Source of the DNA: a virus
Taxonomy: Duplodnaviria; Caudoviricetes
Direction: 5' to 3' (one strand)
IMG/VR virus record: IMGVR_UViG_3300048011_000824
Coordinates: 1 to 63,955 of that record
Length of the DNA stretch: 63,955 nucleotides
Shown: piece by piece, positions 40,155 through 48,758 of the stretch
Layout of the letters: the number at the start of each line of letters is the position of its first letter
Position numbering within the stretch: the stretch's first letter is position 1
The notes under the pieces: model-generated
Seen by the model: the letters and a program-made list of their open reading frames with translations, nothing else
What the model was told of the DNA's origin: nothing
Databases searched by the model: none
Made by a program: the position numbers and the translations under genes

Positions 40155-40155
40155 A

Positions 40156-40749
40156 TTATAATCCTTCTAAAATAAATTCAGCCTCGGGCCAAACATGTTG
40201 TTTAAGATCGGTTATCCATTTTTCACTGTTGATTTTCCAAAACGATTGAAAATTGTTCCTATAGTCTAATTCGATTGGATTTTCTAAATACCCCCATCGA
40301 TGCATAACCTTGGTCCAAATTCGATGTACCTTGATTTGTGTGCCTACTTCGTTTTCATTTGTGCTCACATATATAGGAGTATTAATGCCACAATATTTAA
40401 TACATACAGGAAAAAGCAGTTGTGTTGTATAATGACTAAACGGATTGTTGTTGTAATTTTGCATACCAAACTTGTGCTCACCTCCAATAAGGTGTCTAAG
40501 AATACAGGTACGAGCTCCAACTCGGTATGCATTTTCCTCTAATATGTTCAGTTCTTCCAAACTGTGCAAGCACACACTTCCCACGGCTGCATCTTCCCAA
40601 TACAGTATATAGGTTTTATAATCTTTTAGATGTTTCATATTATCGTGCAAAACTTCTTGATTACAATTGTTGTAATACCCGTGTTGCTCTGCTTGTTTGT
40701 AAAATTCTCTTAGATCTAAATCTTCAGAAAATTCTTTGATACTAAACAT
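40156..40749 (-). CDS. Hypothetical protein, possibly GNAT-like
   Basis: Likely start is the ATG at 40749 (MFSIKEFS). ILY....VGSV..H.......YRVGARTC suggests acyltransferase topology, but support is weak. Confidence 0.5.
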   Translation of the reverse strand: MFSIKEFSEDLDLREFYKQAEQHGYYNNCNQEVLHDNMKHLKDYKTYILYWEDAAVGSVCLHSLEELNILEENAYRVGARTCILRHLIGGEHKFGMQNYNNNPFSHYTTQLLFPVCIKYCGINTPIYVSTNENEVGTQIKVHRIWTKVMHRWGYLENPIELDYRNNFQSFWKINSEKWITDLKQHVWPEAEFILEGL

Positions 40750-41422
40750 ATATCTGTTTTGCCTCTTCGATAAAGTTAATTGGGTAATTTGATTTAAAGC
40801 TGTCCAAACAAATTTGTGCATAAAAGTCAAACGATGCTTGTTGATTGATACTAACATTGTTTTCTTGCAAATATCCTAGCAATTTGTTTTTTCTATCCTC
40901 ACTGATATGATCAAGCACATCTGTGATTGACACACGTGGCTCGTTATCATTATAACAAAAGAAATGATTAATACTTTTTAACTTGCCATCCACAACAAAA
41001 AAGCTGCTCGGATGCAAGCTGTATTTCCATATGCCTGCACGTCTGTAATCTTTTAAAATATCGATCATTTGTTCTTGCCAGTTGGGTAAAACATTGCTGT
41101 AGTTGTCTTGGTTGCAACTTGCTTGCTGCCAAAAATCTTCACCTTCAATTTCAAATACAATTCTTTTGTCGTGTTCATCAAGTTCTGTAATCTTTAATAT
41201 ATGATGAGGAAACTTTGCTGTCATTTGATTTGTAAATTCTAATTCACGTTTCCATTTAGATTGTAGTGCTGATTCTGACAAGCATTGATTTTTATGATAT
41301 TGTTGATCATATGTATAATGTACACTAAAAAGATTGTTTTGTCTATCTATTTTACTGGTGTAAACTAAATTATTTCTGCACAATCCAACGCCTGGCACAC
41401 GATTGTAATAATATTCAAACAT
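40742..41422 (-). CDS. Protein-kinase-like fold protein with degenerate catalytic motifs
   Basis: NNLVY, W.REL.F, I.ELD...KRIVFE and IWKYSLHPSSFFV.DG.LKSINHF. Paralog of 16699-17301. Confidence 0.45.
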   Translation of the reverse strand: MFEYYYNRVPGVGLCRNNLVYTSKIDRQNNLFSVHYTYDQQYHKNQCLSESALQSKWKRELEFTNQMTAKFPHHILKITELDEHDKRIVFEIEGEDFWQQASCNQDNYSNVLPNWQEQMIDILKDYRRAGIWKYSLHPSSFFVVDGKLKSINHFFCYNDNEPRVSITDVLDHISEDRKNKLLGYLQENNVSINQQASFDFYAQICLDSFKSNYPINFIEEAKQIYV

Positions 41423-42993
41423 CAGCTGTACAATGGAATAAATTTAGTTTCGCCGTTGACTGTCATTTGTAACCAGCTGTCAGGTGCAGACGTATTGTGA
41501 GGAACAACTCCTGTTTCGCCGTCAACTTTGAATTCTGCAAGTGTTGTGTGCAATTTTCCCCATTTGTCAATTTTTGTATATTGCGGACCTGCGTCAACAT
41601 TATTTACAACAAAGTGCAATTCTCCACTGCACCCATGTCCGTCGATGTCCATGTATTTGAATTTATCATCTTGAGGAATTTTAGCAGTAATATATGCTGC
41701 AACACTTTTCTGTGTAGTCGATGTTTCTTCTGCTGTACTGTCAAACAAACTACTGTCTTCTGGGTCAGTTCCGGTTTGTATTGTAGCGTTCCAGTTCAGT
41801 GCTGGCAAACTGTCTCCCGGTTTCGAAGGAGCAGGTTGCATCCACGTTCCGCCAACTCCGCATAATTCAATACCTTGCTGAAACCAGTGAGGAATATCCG
41901 GCTCTTGTTTTCTGTAAAATTTAGCTTCGATGGCAGGTTGACTCCATGCACTTTCAATGTTTAAAAAGATTCCTTCATTGCCTATTTCTGTACTGTCAAT
42001 GTCGATGTGACTGCACACAATATCTTTGGTAAACAATTTAGTTGAGCTAAAAATATTTTGTTCAGGATCGTACGCCTCTGCACCAGCTGCACTGTACAAG
42101 TAGCCTGACATACTGATGCTGTCCCAGTGCTGCATGGTAGCATCGTATTTGACATCACCTGTGTACGGATTGACAATGTTTCCTTGAAACTCGCCGCTGA
42201 ATGTACCGTCTGCAGATTCAACATCGAGATTCTTGATGCGCATACTTTCACTGCTGTGGTTGTATATGACTTCGCCAATTTCGTTGTAAATATCTCCTAA
42301 GAATGTACCTGCAAATTGCCCGTTTACTTGCTTGTTGAATTCTCCAGAGTGCGGATTGAACACAATAGTTCCAATTTCGTCCATTATGTTGCCCACTAAA
42401 TTACCGTTGACATCACCATTAAAAGTGCCTGTTTCTTTGTCAACCAGTAATGCGCCATGCTCGCTTATAACGTTGCCTTGTAGATTTCCGTAAAATAATG
42501 TGTTGTCCTTGTCAAACGCAATTACACCTTCGCTGTTGTAAATGTTGCTAACAACATCTCCAGAAAACATTCCGTTTGCAAACAGCGAGTTTCCTTTGTT
42601 GTCCACTACATCGCCATTAACGTTGCCGTACCATGTTCTATTGCCAACGCTTGCAACCACAGATCCTGTATCGTCATACAAGTCGCCCACAAAGTTTCCT
42701 CTAAACACTCCGGTTTCAAAATCAAAAACTTGGTTGCCAAAATGATCAATTAAATTAGCATGGACGTTTTTTGCATAAACTTCTTTAGTCTCAGCATCAA
42801 AAACAACTTCGTCGTTGTTGGCAATTATGTTGCCTTTGAATGTTCCAAAGAATGTTGCAGTCTGTTCGTCCAACAACACCTCGCCGGTGCTGCTGGCAAT
42901 GTTTGCTTTTAGAGTATTGGTCCAACTATCTAAAATAATTGTGCTGTCTGCACCTTCAATGTTTATCCGATAAGATGCGCCGTCATAAATCAT
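41422..42993 (-). CDS. Acidic, Gly-repeat fibre-like protein (putative virion/tail fibre component)
   Basis: 523 aa with a GGAG RBS and about 8-10 imperfect ~22-aa repeats of F/WxG(N/D/T)xxG(N/D)(I/V/L)x(N/D)xxGxxxFD. The C-terminus P..W.Q.TVNG.TK.IPLY is fibre-like. Confidence 0.55.
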   Translation of the reverse strand: MIYDGASYRINIEGADSTIILDSWTNTLKANIASSTGEVLLDEQTATFFGTFKGNIIANNDEVVFDAETKEVYAKNVHANLIDHFGNQVFDFETGVFRGNFVGDLYDDTGSVVASVGNRTWYGNVNGDVVDNKGNSLFANGMFSGDVVSNIYNSEGVIAFDKDNTLFYGNLQGNVISEHGALLVDKETGTFNGDVNGNLVGNIMDEIGTIVFNPHSGEFNKQVNGQFAGTFLGDIYNEIGEVIYNHSSESMRIKNLDVESADGTFSGEFQGNIVNPYTGDVKYDATMQHWDSISMSGYLYSAAGAEAYDPEQNIFSSTKLFTKDIVCSHIDIDSTEIGNEGIFLNIESAWSQPAIEAKFYRKQEPDIPHWFQQGIELCGVGGTWMQPAPSKPGDSLPALNWNATIQTGTDPEDSSLFDSTAEETSTTQKSVAAYITAKIPQDDKFKYMDIDGHGCSGELHFVVNNVDAGPQYTKIDKWGKLHTTLAEFKVDGETGVVPHNTSAPDSWLQMTVNGETKFIPLYS

Positions 42994-43002
42994 ATTTTCT
43001 CC

Positions 43003-43031
43003 TTGACAAAACTGCTTACTGTATATATACT
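43003..43031 (+). promoter_or_regulatory. Near-consensus sigma70 promoter for a leaderless transcript
   Basis: TTGACA (43003-43008), 17-nt spacer, TATACT (43026-43031); the ATG at 43038 is only 6 nt downstream. Confidence 0.7.
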
Positions 43032-43037
43032 AACAAC

Positions 43038-44072
43038 ATGTATGATATTTTCTTTATTGGTGATCCAGAAAACAAACAGTATAAAAATCTCAAGAAACGA
43101 TTTATAACAGCAAAATGCACCAGCAGTGTGCTAGATGCCAAACAAAAATCGCTTACTAGTTTCCTATGGATTGTGTATGACGACATAGAAGTAAACCCTG
43201 ACTTTGACTTTAATTACAAAGTAGATGAGTACAGCAAAGAATACACACACGTTTTTCAAAACGGAGACTTTTACGACGGCGTTGTGCTCATGCCCAAGAA
43301 CGGCTATCACAGCCCGGGCGAAATCAAAGCAAGGTTTTTTGTTAATAAAAAAATTGTAGAACAACAAGCAAGTTCTCCTATAAAGACTGAGTACGACATT
43401 GTGTTTATTAGTTACAATGAGCCCAATGCTGATGAGAACTTTCAAAAACTAAAACAACGTTTTCCACGAGCACAGCGTGTACATGGAGTCAAGGGCATTC
43501 ACCAAGCACATATTGCAGGTGCAAAATTATGCAACACTGAATCTTTTTGGATTGTTGACGGCGATGCTGATGTGCTAGAAGACTTTAACTTTGATTATGT
43601 TCCTGAACACCACAACACCGAAGCTGTGCATGTGTGGCGCAGCATGAATCCCATCAACGATATGGTTTATGGATATGGCGGCATCAAGCTATTTCCAACA
43701 CAACTTACTATCAACATGGATATCAGCAAACCCGATATGACCACAAGTATTAGCAGTAAGTTTGTTGCTGTAAAAAAAGTATCAAACATCACAGCATTCA
43801 ATACAGACCCGTTCAACACTTGGAAAAGTGCGTTTAGAGAATGCTGTAAATTGAGTTCAAAAGTAATTGACAGACAAAAAGAAGACGAAACAAACAAACG
43901 TTTGCACACTTGGTGCACTGTTGGCAAAAACAGAGCATACGGAGAATATGCTCTTGCGGGTGCAAAAGCCGGCGCTGCTTTTGGCGCAAGAAACCAAGGC
44001 AAACTAGACATACTCAAACAAATCAATGACTTTGATTGGTTGCAGGAGCAATTTAATGCTAAAAACATTTGA
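43038..44072 (+). CDS. Glycosyltransferase-like protein (GT-A/GT2-like, tandem duplicated domain)
   Basis: Likely start is the ATG at 43038 (MYDIFFI). A degenerate N-terminal copy (WIVYDD) precedes a full copy FISYNEPNA..RVHGVKGI..AH...WIVDGDA..YGYGGIKL...WKSAFRE. Confidence 0.6.
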   Translation: MYDIFFIGDPENKQYKNLKKRFITAKCTSSVLDAKQKSLTSFLWIVYDDIEVNPDFDFNYKVDEYSKEYTHVFQNGDFYDGVVLMPKNGYHSPGEIKARFFVNKKIVEQQASSPIKTEYDIVFISYNEPNADENFQKLKQRFPRAQRVHGVKGIHQAHIAGAKLCNTESFWIVDGDADVLEDFNFDYVPEHHNTEAVHVWRSMNPINDMVYGYGGIKLFPTQLTINMDISKPDMTTSISSKFVAVKKVSNITAFNTDPFNTWKSAFRECCKLSSKVIDRQKEDETNKRLHTWCTVGKNRAYGEYALAGAKAGAAFGARNQGKLDILKQINDFDWLQEQFNAKNI

Positions 44073-44997
44073 GCTACTAGATAGGTTTGAATTACTTTAC
44101 CCTACTAATACCAAACTTGCCGATTTACGTCGAGCATATATTGATCAAGATATTTCAAGCATTTTTAGATTGCTGCCATCTACAGTAACCGGAGAACTAG
44201 AAGACTTGCGTAAAGCAGTGCTTGAACAAAATTTACACAGTATTTTTAGATTAGTTGACGATGATGACTTGCGTAAATTAATTATGGAAGACAACACATG
44301 GAAGTTATGGCCCGTATTAGATCGTTATGTTGATACACAATTTACAGCAGCGTTTAAAAATTTTTATGTCAACAATACTGAAATATGGGATGATTGTTTT
44401 AGCAGAGGACAGTTGCGAAGTAAACTTTGGTTAGTACATGAACTTAAAAAGTGTAATGCAGATTTAGGTACTGTTTTCTTATGTGCAGGATGGTACGCTA
44501 CTCTTGCAACTATGCTGTTTGAAAGTGACATTAAAGTAGACAAAATACGCAGTTTTGATCTAGATCCTAGTTGTGCTAATATTGCTGAAATATTTAACAA
44601 AAAATGGTTTATAGATGATTGGCGCTTCAAAGCCAGCACAGTAGATATAATGGATTTTGAATGGTCTGAAAAGCCTGCTCCAAGTGATGGTACAATAGGA
44701 AATTTTTATTATATGACAGAAGCCAACGGCAAACAAGTACAAATGAAAGACTGTCCGGATACTATTATCAATACCAGTTGCGAACACATTGAAAATTTTG
44801 CAGAATGGTATGCTAAGATTCCAGATGGCAAATTAGTTGTGCTACAAAGCAATAACTACTATGAAGTAGAAGAACATGTCAACTGTGTTAAAGATATCAA
44901 AGAATTTGGAAACATGGCACGTATGACTGGTCCGCTATATGCAGGCGAATTGGAATTGCCCAAGTACAAAAGGTTTATGTTAATTGGATATAAATGA
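44056..44997 (+). CDS. Class I SAM-dependent methyltransferase-like protein with N-terminal helical repeats
   Basis: Likely start is the ATG at 44056 after GGAG. Motifs SRGQLRSK.WL, CAGWYATLA, SFDLDPSC, INTSCEH and LQSNNY. Confidence 0.6.
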   Translation: MLKTFELLDRFELLYPTNTKLADLRRAYIDQDISSIFRLLPSTVTGELEDLRKAVLEQNLHSIFRLVDDDDLRKLIMEDNTWKLWPVLDRYVDTQFTAAFKNFYVNNTEIWDDCFSRGQLRSKLWLVHELKKCNADLGTVFLCAGWYATLATMLFESDIKVDKIRSFDLDPSCANIAEIFNKKWFIDDWRFKASTVDIMDFEWSEKPAPSDGTIGNFYYMTEANGKQVQMKDCPDTIINTSCEHIENFAEWYAKIPDGKLVVLQSNNYYEVEEHVNCVKDIKEFGNMARMTGPLYAGELELPKYKRFMLIGYK

Positions 44998-45208
44998 ACT
45001 AAGTGTAAGAGACTTGCAAAAAGAAAGTGCAAGAGCACTCAGCACAATGCAAGCAACAAACAACAACATATGGCAGTTCAACAAACGTGCTCACCATAAT
45101 AGTCACAACTGGTATGTAGCAGTCATTGAATGGTATGTAGAACAGTACGGTGACTTGCCAAGCCGAGTAGGCCCGGGTAAAGATATAAAGTTGGTATACG
45201 ATGTATAA
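44984..45208 (+). CDS. Small hypothetical protein
   Basis: 74 aa, overlapping both neighbours in typical coupled fashion. Confidence 0.6.
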   Translation: MDINELSVRDLQKESARALSTMQATNNNIWQFNKRAHHNSHNWYVAVIEWYVEQYGDLPSRVGPGKDIKLVYDV

Positions 45209-46280
45209 GTACGAAGACATTAGAACCATACATTTAGAAAACACACAAAACTGTCAAGCCAGTTGTCCAATGTGTGATAGAAATCAAAACGGCGGAGCAT
45301 TAAATCCGCATATTGATTTAAGCGAACTAACATTAGATGATTGTAAACGTATTTTTGAACCCGAGTTTATTGCACAACTAGACACAATGTACATGTGCGG
45401 CAATTTAGGCGATCCTATTGTTGCAAGAGACACACTAGAAATATTCAAGTATTTTAGAGAGCATAACTCTAAGATGTGGTTGAGTATGAACACCAATGCA
45501 GGAGCAAAGAGCGTCGAATGGTGGCAAGAACTTGCAAGTGTATTCGGAACTACGGGTGCTGTTATTTTCAGCGTTGACGGCCTCCGCGATACCAATCATA
45601 TCTATCGCCAAGGCGTTGTATGGGACAATGTAGAACGCAACATGCAAGCGTTCATTGCCGCAGGCGGCAGAGCACGTTGGGACTTTTTGATATTTGAACA
45701 CAATCAACATCAAGTTGAAGAAGCACAAGCACTTGCCGACGAATGGGGATGTGAAAAGTTTATACCAAAGAAGACAGGAAGATTTGTCACGGCAAAAAGT
45801 GAAAAGAAAGAATCACACCAGGCAGTCGATCGCAAAGGCAACAATACAGCGGAACTCAAGAAACCTGATGAAAAATATCTAAACAAAGCACTCAGCAAAC
45901 AAGATGCACTGTTGGAAAAATACGGCAGTATGGATGCTTATTATGACGTAGTACCTATTAATTGCAAGGTTAAAAAAGACAACAGCTTGTTTATCACAGC
46001 CGAAGGATTGGCAATGCCATGCTGCTGGACGGCTGGGCGTATGTACAAATGGTGGAACCCCAATCCAAAAACAGAACAAGTATGGGACTTTATAGATGCT
46101 GTAGGTGGCAAAGATTCTGTAAACGCAAAGAAGGTAGGACTACGTGCAGTATTTGAAACAGGCATGTTTGATGCTATAGAAGCAAGTTGGAATACCAAAG
46201 GATGTGCAAATGGCAAACTCAAAGTGTGTAGTATGAAGTGCGGTGTCGAGTTTGACCCGTTTGCAGAACAATTTAGATAA
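45201..46280 (+). CDS. Radical SAM protein, family C
   Basis: HLENTQNCQASCPMC, CGNLGDP and FSVDGL.DT...YR; C-terminal C...PCC...C...CSMKC. Confidence 0.9.
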   Translation: MYKYEDIRTIHLENTQNCQASCPMCDRNQNGGALNPHIDLSELTLDDCKRIFEPEFIAQLDTMYMCGNLGDPIVARDTLEIFKYFREHNSKMWLSMNTNAGAKSVEWWQELASVFGTTGAVIFSVDGLRDTNHIYRQGVVWDNVERNMQAFIAAGGRARWDFLIFEHNQHQVEEAQALADEWGCEKFIPKKTGRFVTAKSEKKESHQAVDRKGNNTAELKKPDEKYLNKALSKQDALLEKYGSMDAYYDVVPINCKVKKDNSLFITAEGLAMPCCWTAGRMYKWWNPNPKTEQVWDFIDAVGGKDSVNAKKVGLRAVFETGMFDAIEASWNTKGCANGKLKVCSMKCGVEFDPFAEQFR

Positions 46281-46283
46281 GTA
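46278..46283 (+). promoter_or_regulatory. Late-type promoter variant TAAGTA
   Basis: Overlaps the upstream stop codon and lies 8 nt before the SD-less ATG at 46292. Confidence 0.35.
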
Positions 46284-46291
46284 CGTATATA

Positions 46292-47704
46292 ATGACAGAT
46301 AAAAAACACCCTTCCGATACATTTTGCCTACTACCGTGGGTGCATTTGAGTACACGCCCCGATGGTAGTATGCGAGTATGTTGTACAGCTAATGCAAGCA
46401 GTGTAGGCCCAACCAATGACAAAGAGCATGGTGGCCAAGTTGGCATTCTCAAAACAGATGATGGCAAACCCAACAACCTAAATGTAAGCGACTTCGAAAC
46501 TGCTTGGAACAGCAACTACATGAAAAATGTTCGCAAGCAAATGCTCAATGGCGAAAAGCCTCCAAGTTGTTTAAAATGTTACAAAGAAGAAGCAGCAGGG
46601 CACCGCAGCAAACGTCAGTGGGAAACAGCATACTGGGAAAAGCGTGTTGACCTAGATAAAATATTAGCAGACACAAATGAAGACGGCAGTGTTCCACCTA
46701 ATTTAGCATACATAGACTTGCGCTTTGGAACCAAGTGTCAATTGGCATGTGTGATGTGTAGTCCTCATGATTCAAGTGGGTGGATCAAAGACTACAAAGC
46801 AATTTTTCCTGCTGTACAAAATCAATCACTCAAAGAGATTATGCAGTGGGAAGACAAAGGCAGTACCAATGGCAGCAGTTACAATTGGCATAAACAGAAT
46901 CCTACATTCTGGAAACAGTTTTATGAACAGATGCCAGACATGCAGCAGATTTACTTTGCAGGTGGCGAGAGTCTTATTATTGAAGAACACTATGAAATAC
47001 TTGAACATGCTATTAAAATGGGGTATGCTAAAGATCTTGAATTGCGCTATAACTCAAATGGAGTAGAATGGCGTGATGATTTGTTTGACTTGTGGAAAGA
47101 ATTTAAGCTGGTGCGTTTCCACTATTCAATAGACAGCATCAAAGAAATGAATGACTATATACGCTACCCAAGCACATGGAGCAGACAAGAAGAAGTGTTT
47201 CATATCTTAGACAACGAAACCAGCAACAATGTAGAAATAACAATTGCATGTGCAGTACAGGCATTAAACGTTTATTACATTCCAGACTTTATTAAATGGA
47301 AATTAGAGCAAGGCTTTAAAAAAATCAACATGTGGCCGTTTGGCGCTGGCGGTGTCAACTATCATTTTGTTTACTGGCCTGCACATTTAAATGTAAAAGT
47401 ACTGCCTGATTGGTTTAAAGCAGAGTGTCGTCGTAAATATGAAGAGTTTTATCCATGGTGGGAAGCCAATTGGGAAAAAGGCATACCAAGCTGGCACAAA
47501 GACAAAGTAGAATATGCAACATGGAGAGATGCTGATTATGGAATCAAGCGCCTTGAAGGTATGCTAAAGTTTATGGAAAGCGAAGACTGGAGTCGTCGTT
47601 TACCAGAAATGCAAGAGTTTCTTGCGTTATGCGACAAACAACGAGGCATAACATTTGCCAAAACGTTTCCGGAAATGAAAGACATATTTAACAATGTATC
47701 TTAA
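46292..47704 (+). CDS. Radical SAM protein, family A
   Basis: FCLLPW...RVCC...CLKC, then CQLACVMC and FAGGES. Confidence 0.9.
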   Translation: MTDKKHPSDTFCLLPWVHLSTRPDGSMRVCCTANASSVGPTNDKEHGGQVGILKTDDGKPNNLNVSDFETAWNSNYMKNVRKQMLNGEKPPSCLKCYKEEAAGHRSKRQWETAYWEKRVDLDKILADTNEDGSVPPNLAYIDLRFGTKCQLACVMCSPHDSSGWIKDYKAIFPAVQNQSLKEIMQWEDKGSTNGSSYNWHKQNPTFWKQFYEQMPDMQQIYFAGGESLIIEEHYEILEHAIKMGYAKDLELRYNSNGVEWRDDLFDLWKEFKLVRFHYSIDSIKEMNDYIRYPSTWSRQEEVFHILDNETSNNVEITIACAVQALNVYYIPDFIKWKLEQGFKKINMWPFGAGGVNYHFVYWPAHLNVKVLPDWFKAECRRKYEEFYPWWEANWEKGIPSWHKDKVEYATWRDADYGIKRLEGMLKFMESEDWSRRLPEMQEFLALCDKQRGITFAKTFPEMKDIFNNVS

Positions 47705-48758
47705 TATTAATGAAATACAAACTATACAACTAGACCATACCAGCAGATGTAACCTAGGATGTCCTCAGTGTGCTAGAATGTGGGACAGTGGAAAAATTGT
47801 TAATCCTGCAATGCCAATAACTGATCTAACACTAGATGATTATAAAATAATTCTAGAACCATTTGAAGATAATAAATTAGAACTTTTCCATTGTGGAAAC
47901 TTTGGCGACGTGATAGCAAGTCCTACATTTGACGAAACATATGAGTATTCTTTGCAACACGCTCGTATGATAAGAATTGCTACCAATGGTAGTGCAAGAA
48001 CACCCAACTGGTGGAGACAATTAGCAGAAAAAGGTGGCAACAAAATCTTTGTAATTTTTGCGCTGGATGGTTTAGAAGATACTAATCATTTGTACCGAGT
48101 TGGTGCAAATTGGAAAAAGGCAATGGAAAATGCTCAAGCATATATTGATGCAGGTGGCCGTGCAGATTGGAACTTTATTGAGTTTGAGCACAATTATCAT
48201 CAAATTGATGAAGCACGCCAGCTAGCAAAGGACATGGGATTTCATAAATTTAGTGTAAAATATACTGCTAGATTTGCAGATCAACAAACCAAAAAACTCA
48301 AAACAAAAAAAGGCAATGAAGTCAAAGACACCGACAACAATCAAAATCAAAAAGATATGCGTAATATTATTCAAACTTATAACAGCTTTGATAATTATGT
48401 GCAACAGACACCGATTACTTGTAAATTTCAACAAGATAAAAAAATTTTTATAGATATGACAATGAAATTATGGCCTTGTTGTTGGATGGGAGCTCCGGAG
48501 TTTTTGAATCATAAAAACCCACAAACAGATAGTTACGAACATTTTTGGAAATTATACGGAAAAGACTTTAACAATATGAGGAAACATGGATGGAAAGTTC
48601 TTGAACATGAATTCTTTCAAAAATATTTAGATCGTTCCTGGAACAATCAGGACGAAACTTACAAACGCATATATACCTGTGGAAGAACTTGCGGAGACAA
48701 GTTTGAATTTAGCAGCGGATATGGAAAAAACTTTAACCCGGAAGTATTAAAAAAATGA
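47694..48758 (+). CDS. Radical SAM protein, family C
   Basis: CNLGCPQC, CGNFGD and FALDGL.DT...YR; C-terminal C...PCC...CGRTC. Confidence 0.9.
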   Translation: MYLNINEIQTIQLDHTSRCNLGCPQCARMWDSGKIVNPAMPITDLTLDDYKIILEPFEDNKLELFHCGNFGDVIASPTFDETYEYSLQHARMIRIATNGSARTPNWWRQLAEKGGNKIFVIFALDGLEDTNHLYRVGANWKKAMENAQAYIDAGGRADWNFIEFEHNYHQIDEARQLAKDMGFHKFSVKYTARFADQQTKKLKTKKGNEVKDTDNNQNQKDMRNIIQTYNSFDNYVQQTPITCKFQQDKKIFIDMTMKLWPCCWMGAPEFLNHKNPQTDSYEHFWKLYGKDFNNMRKHGWKVLEHEFFQKYLDRSWNNQDETYKRIYTCGRTCGDKFEFSSGYGKNFNPEVLKK

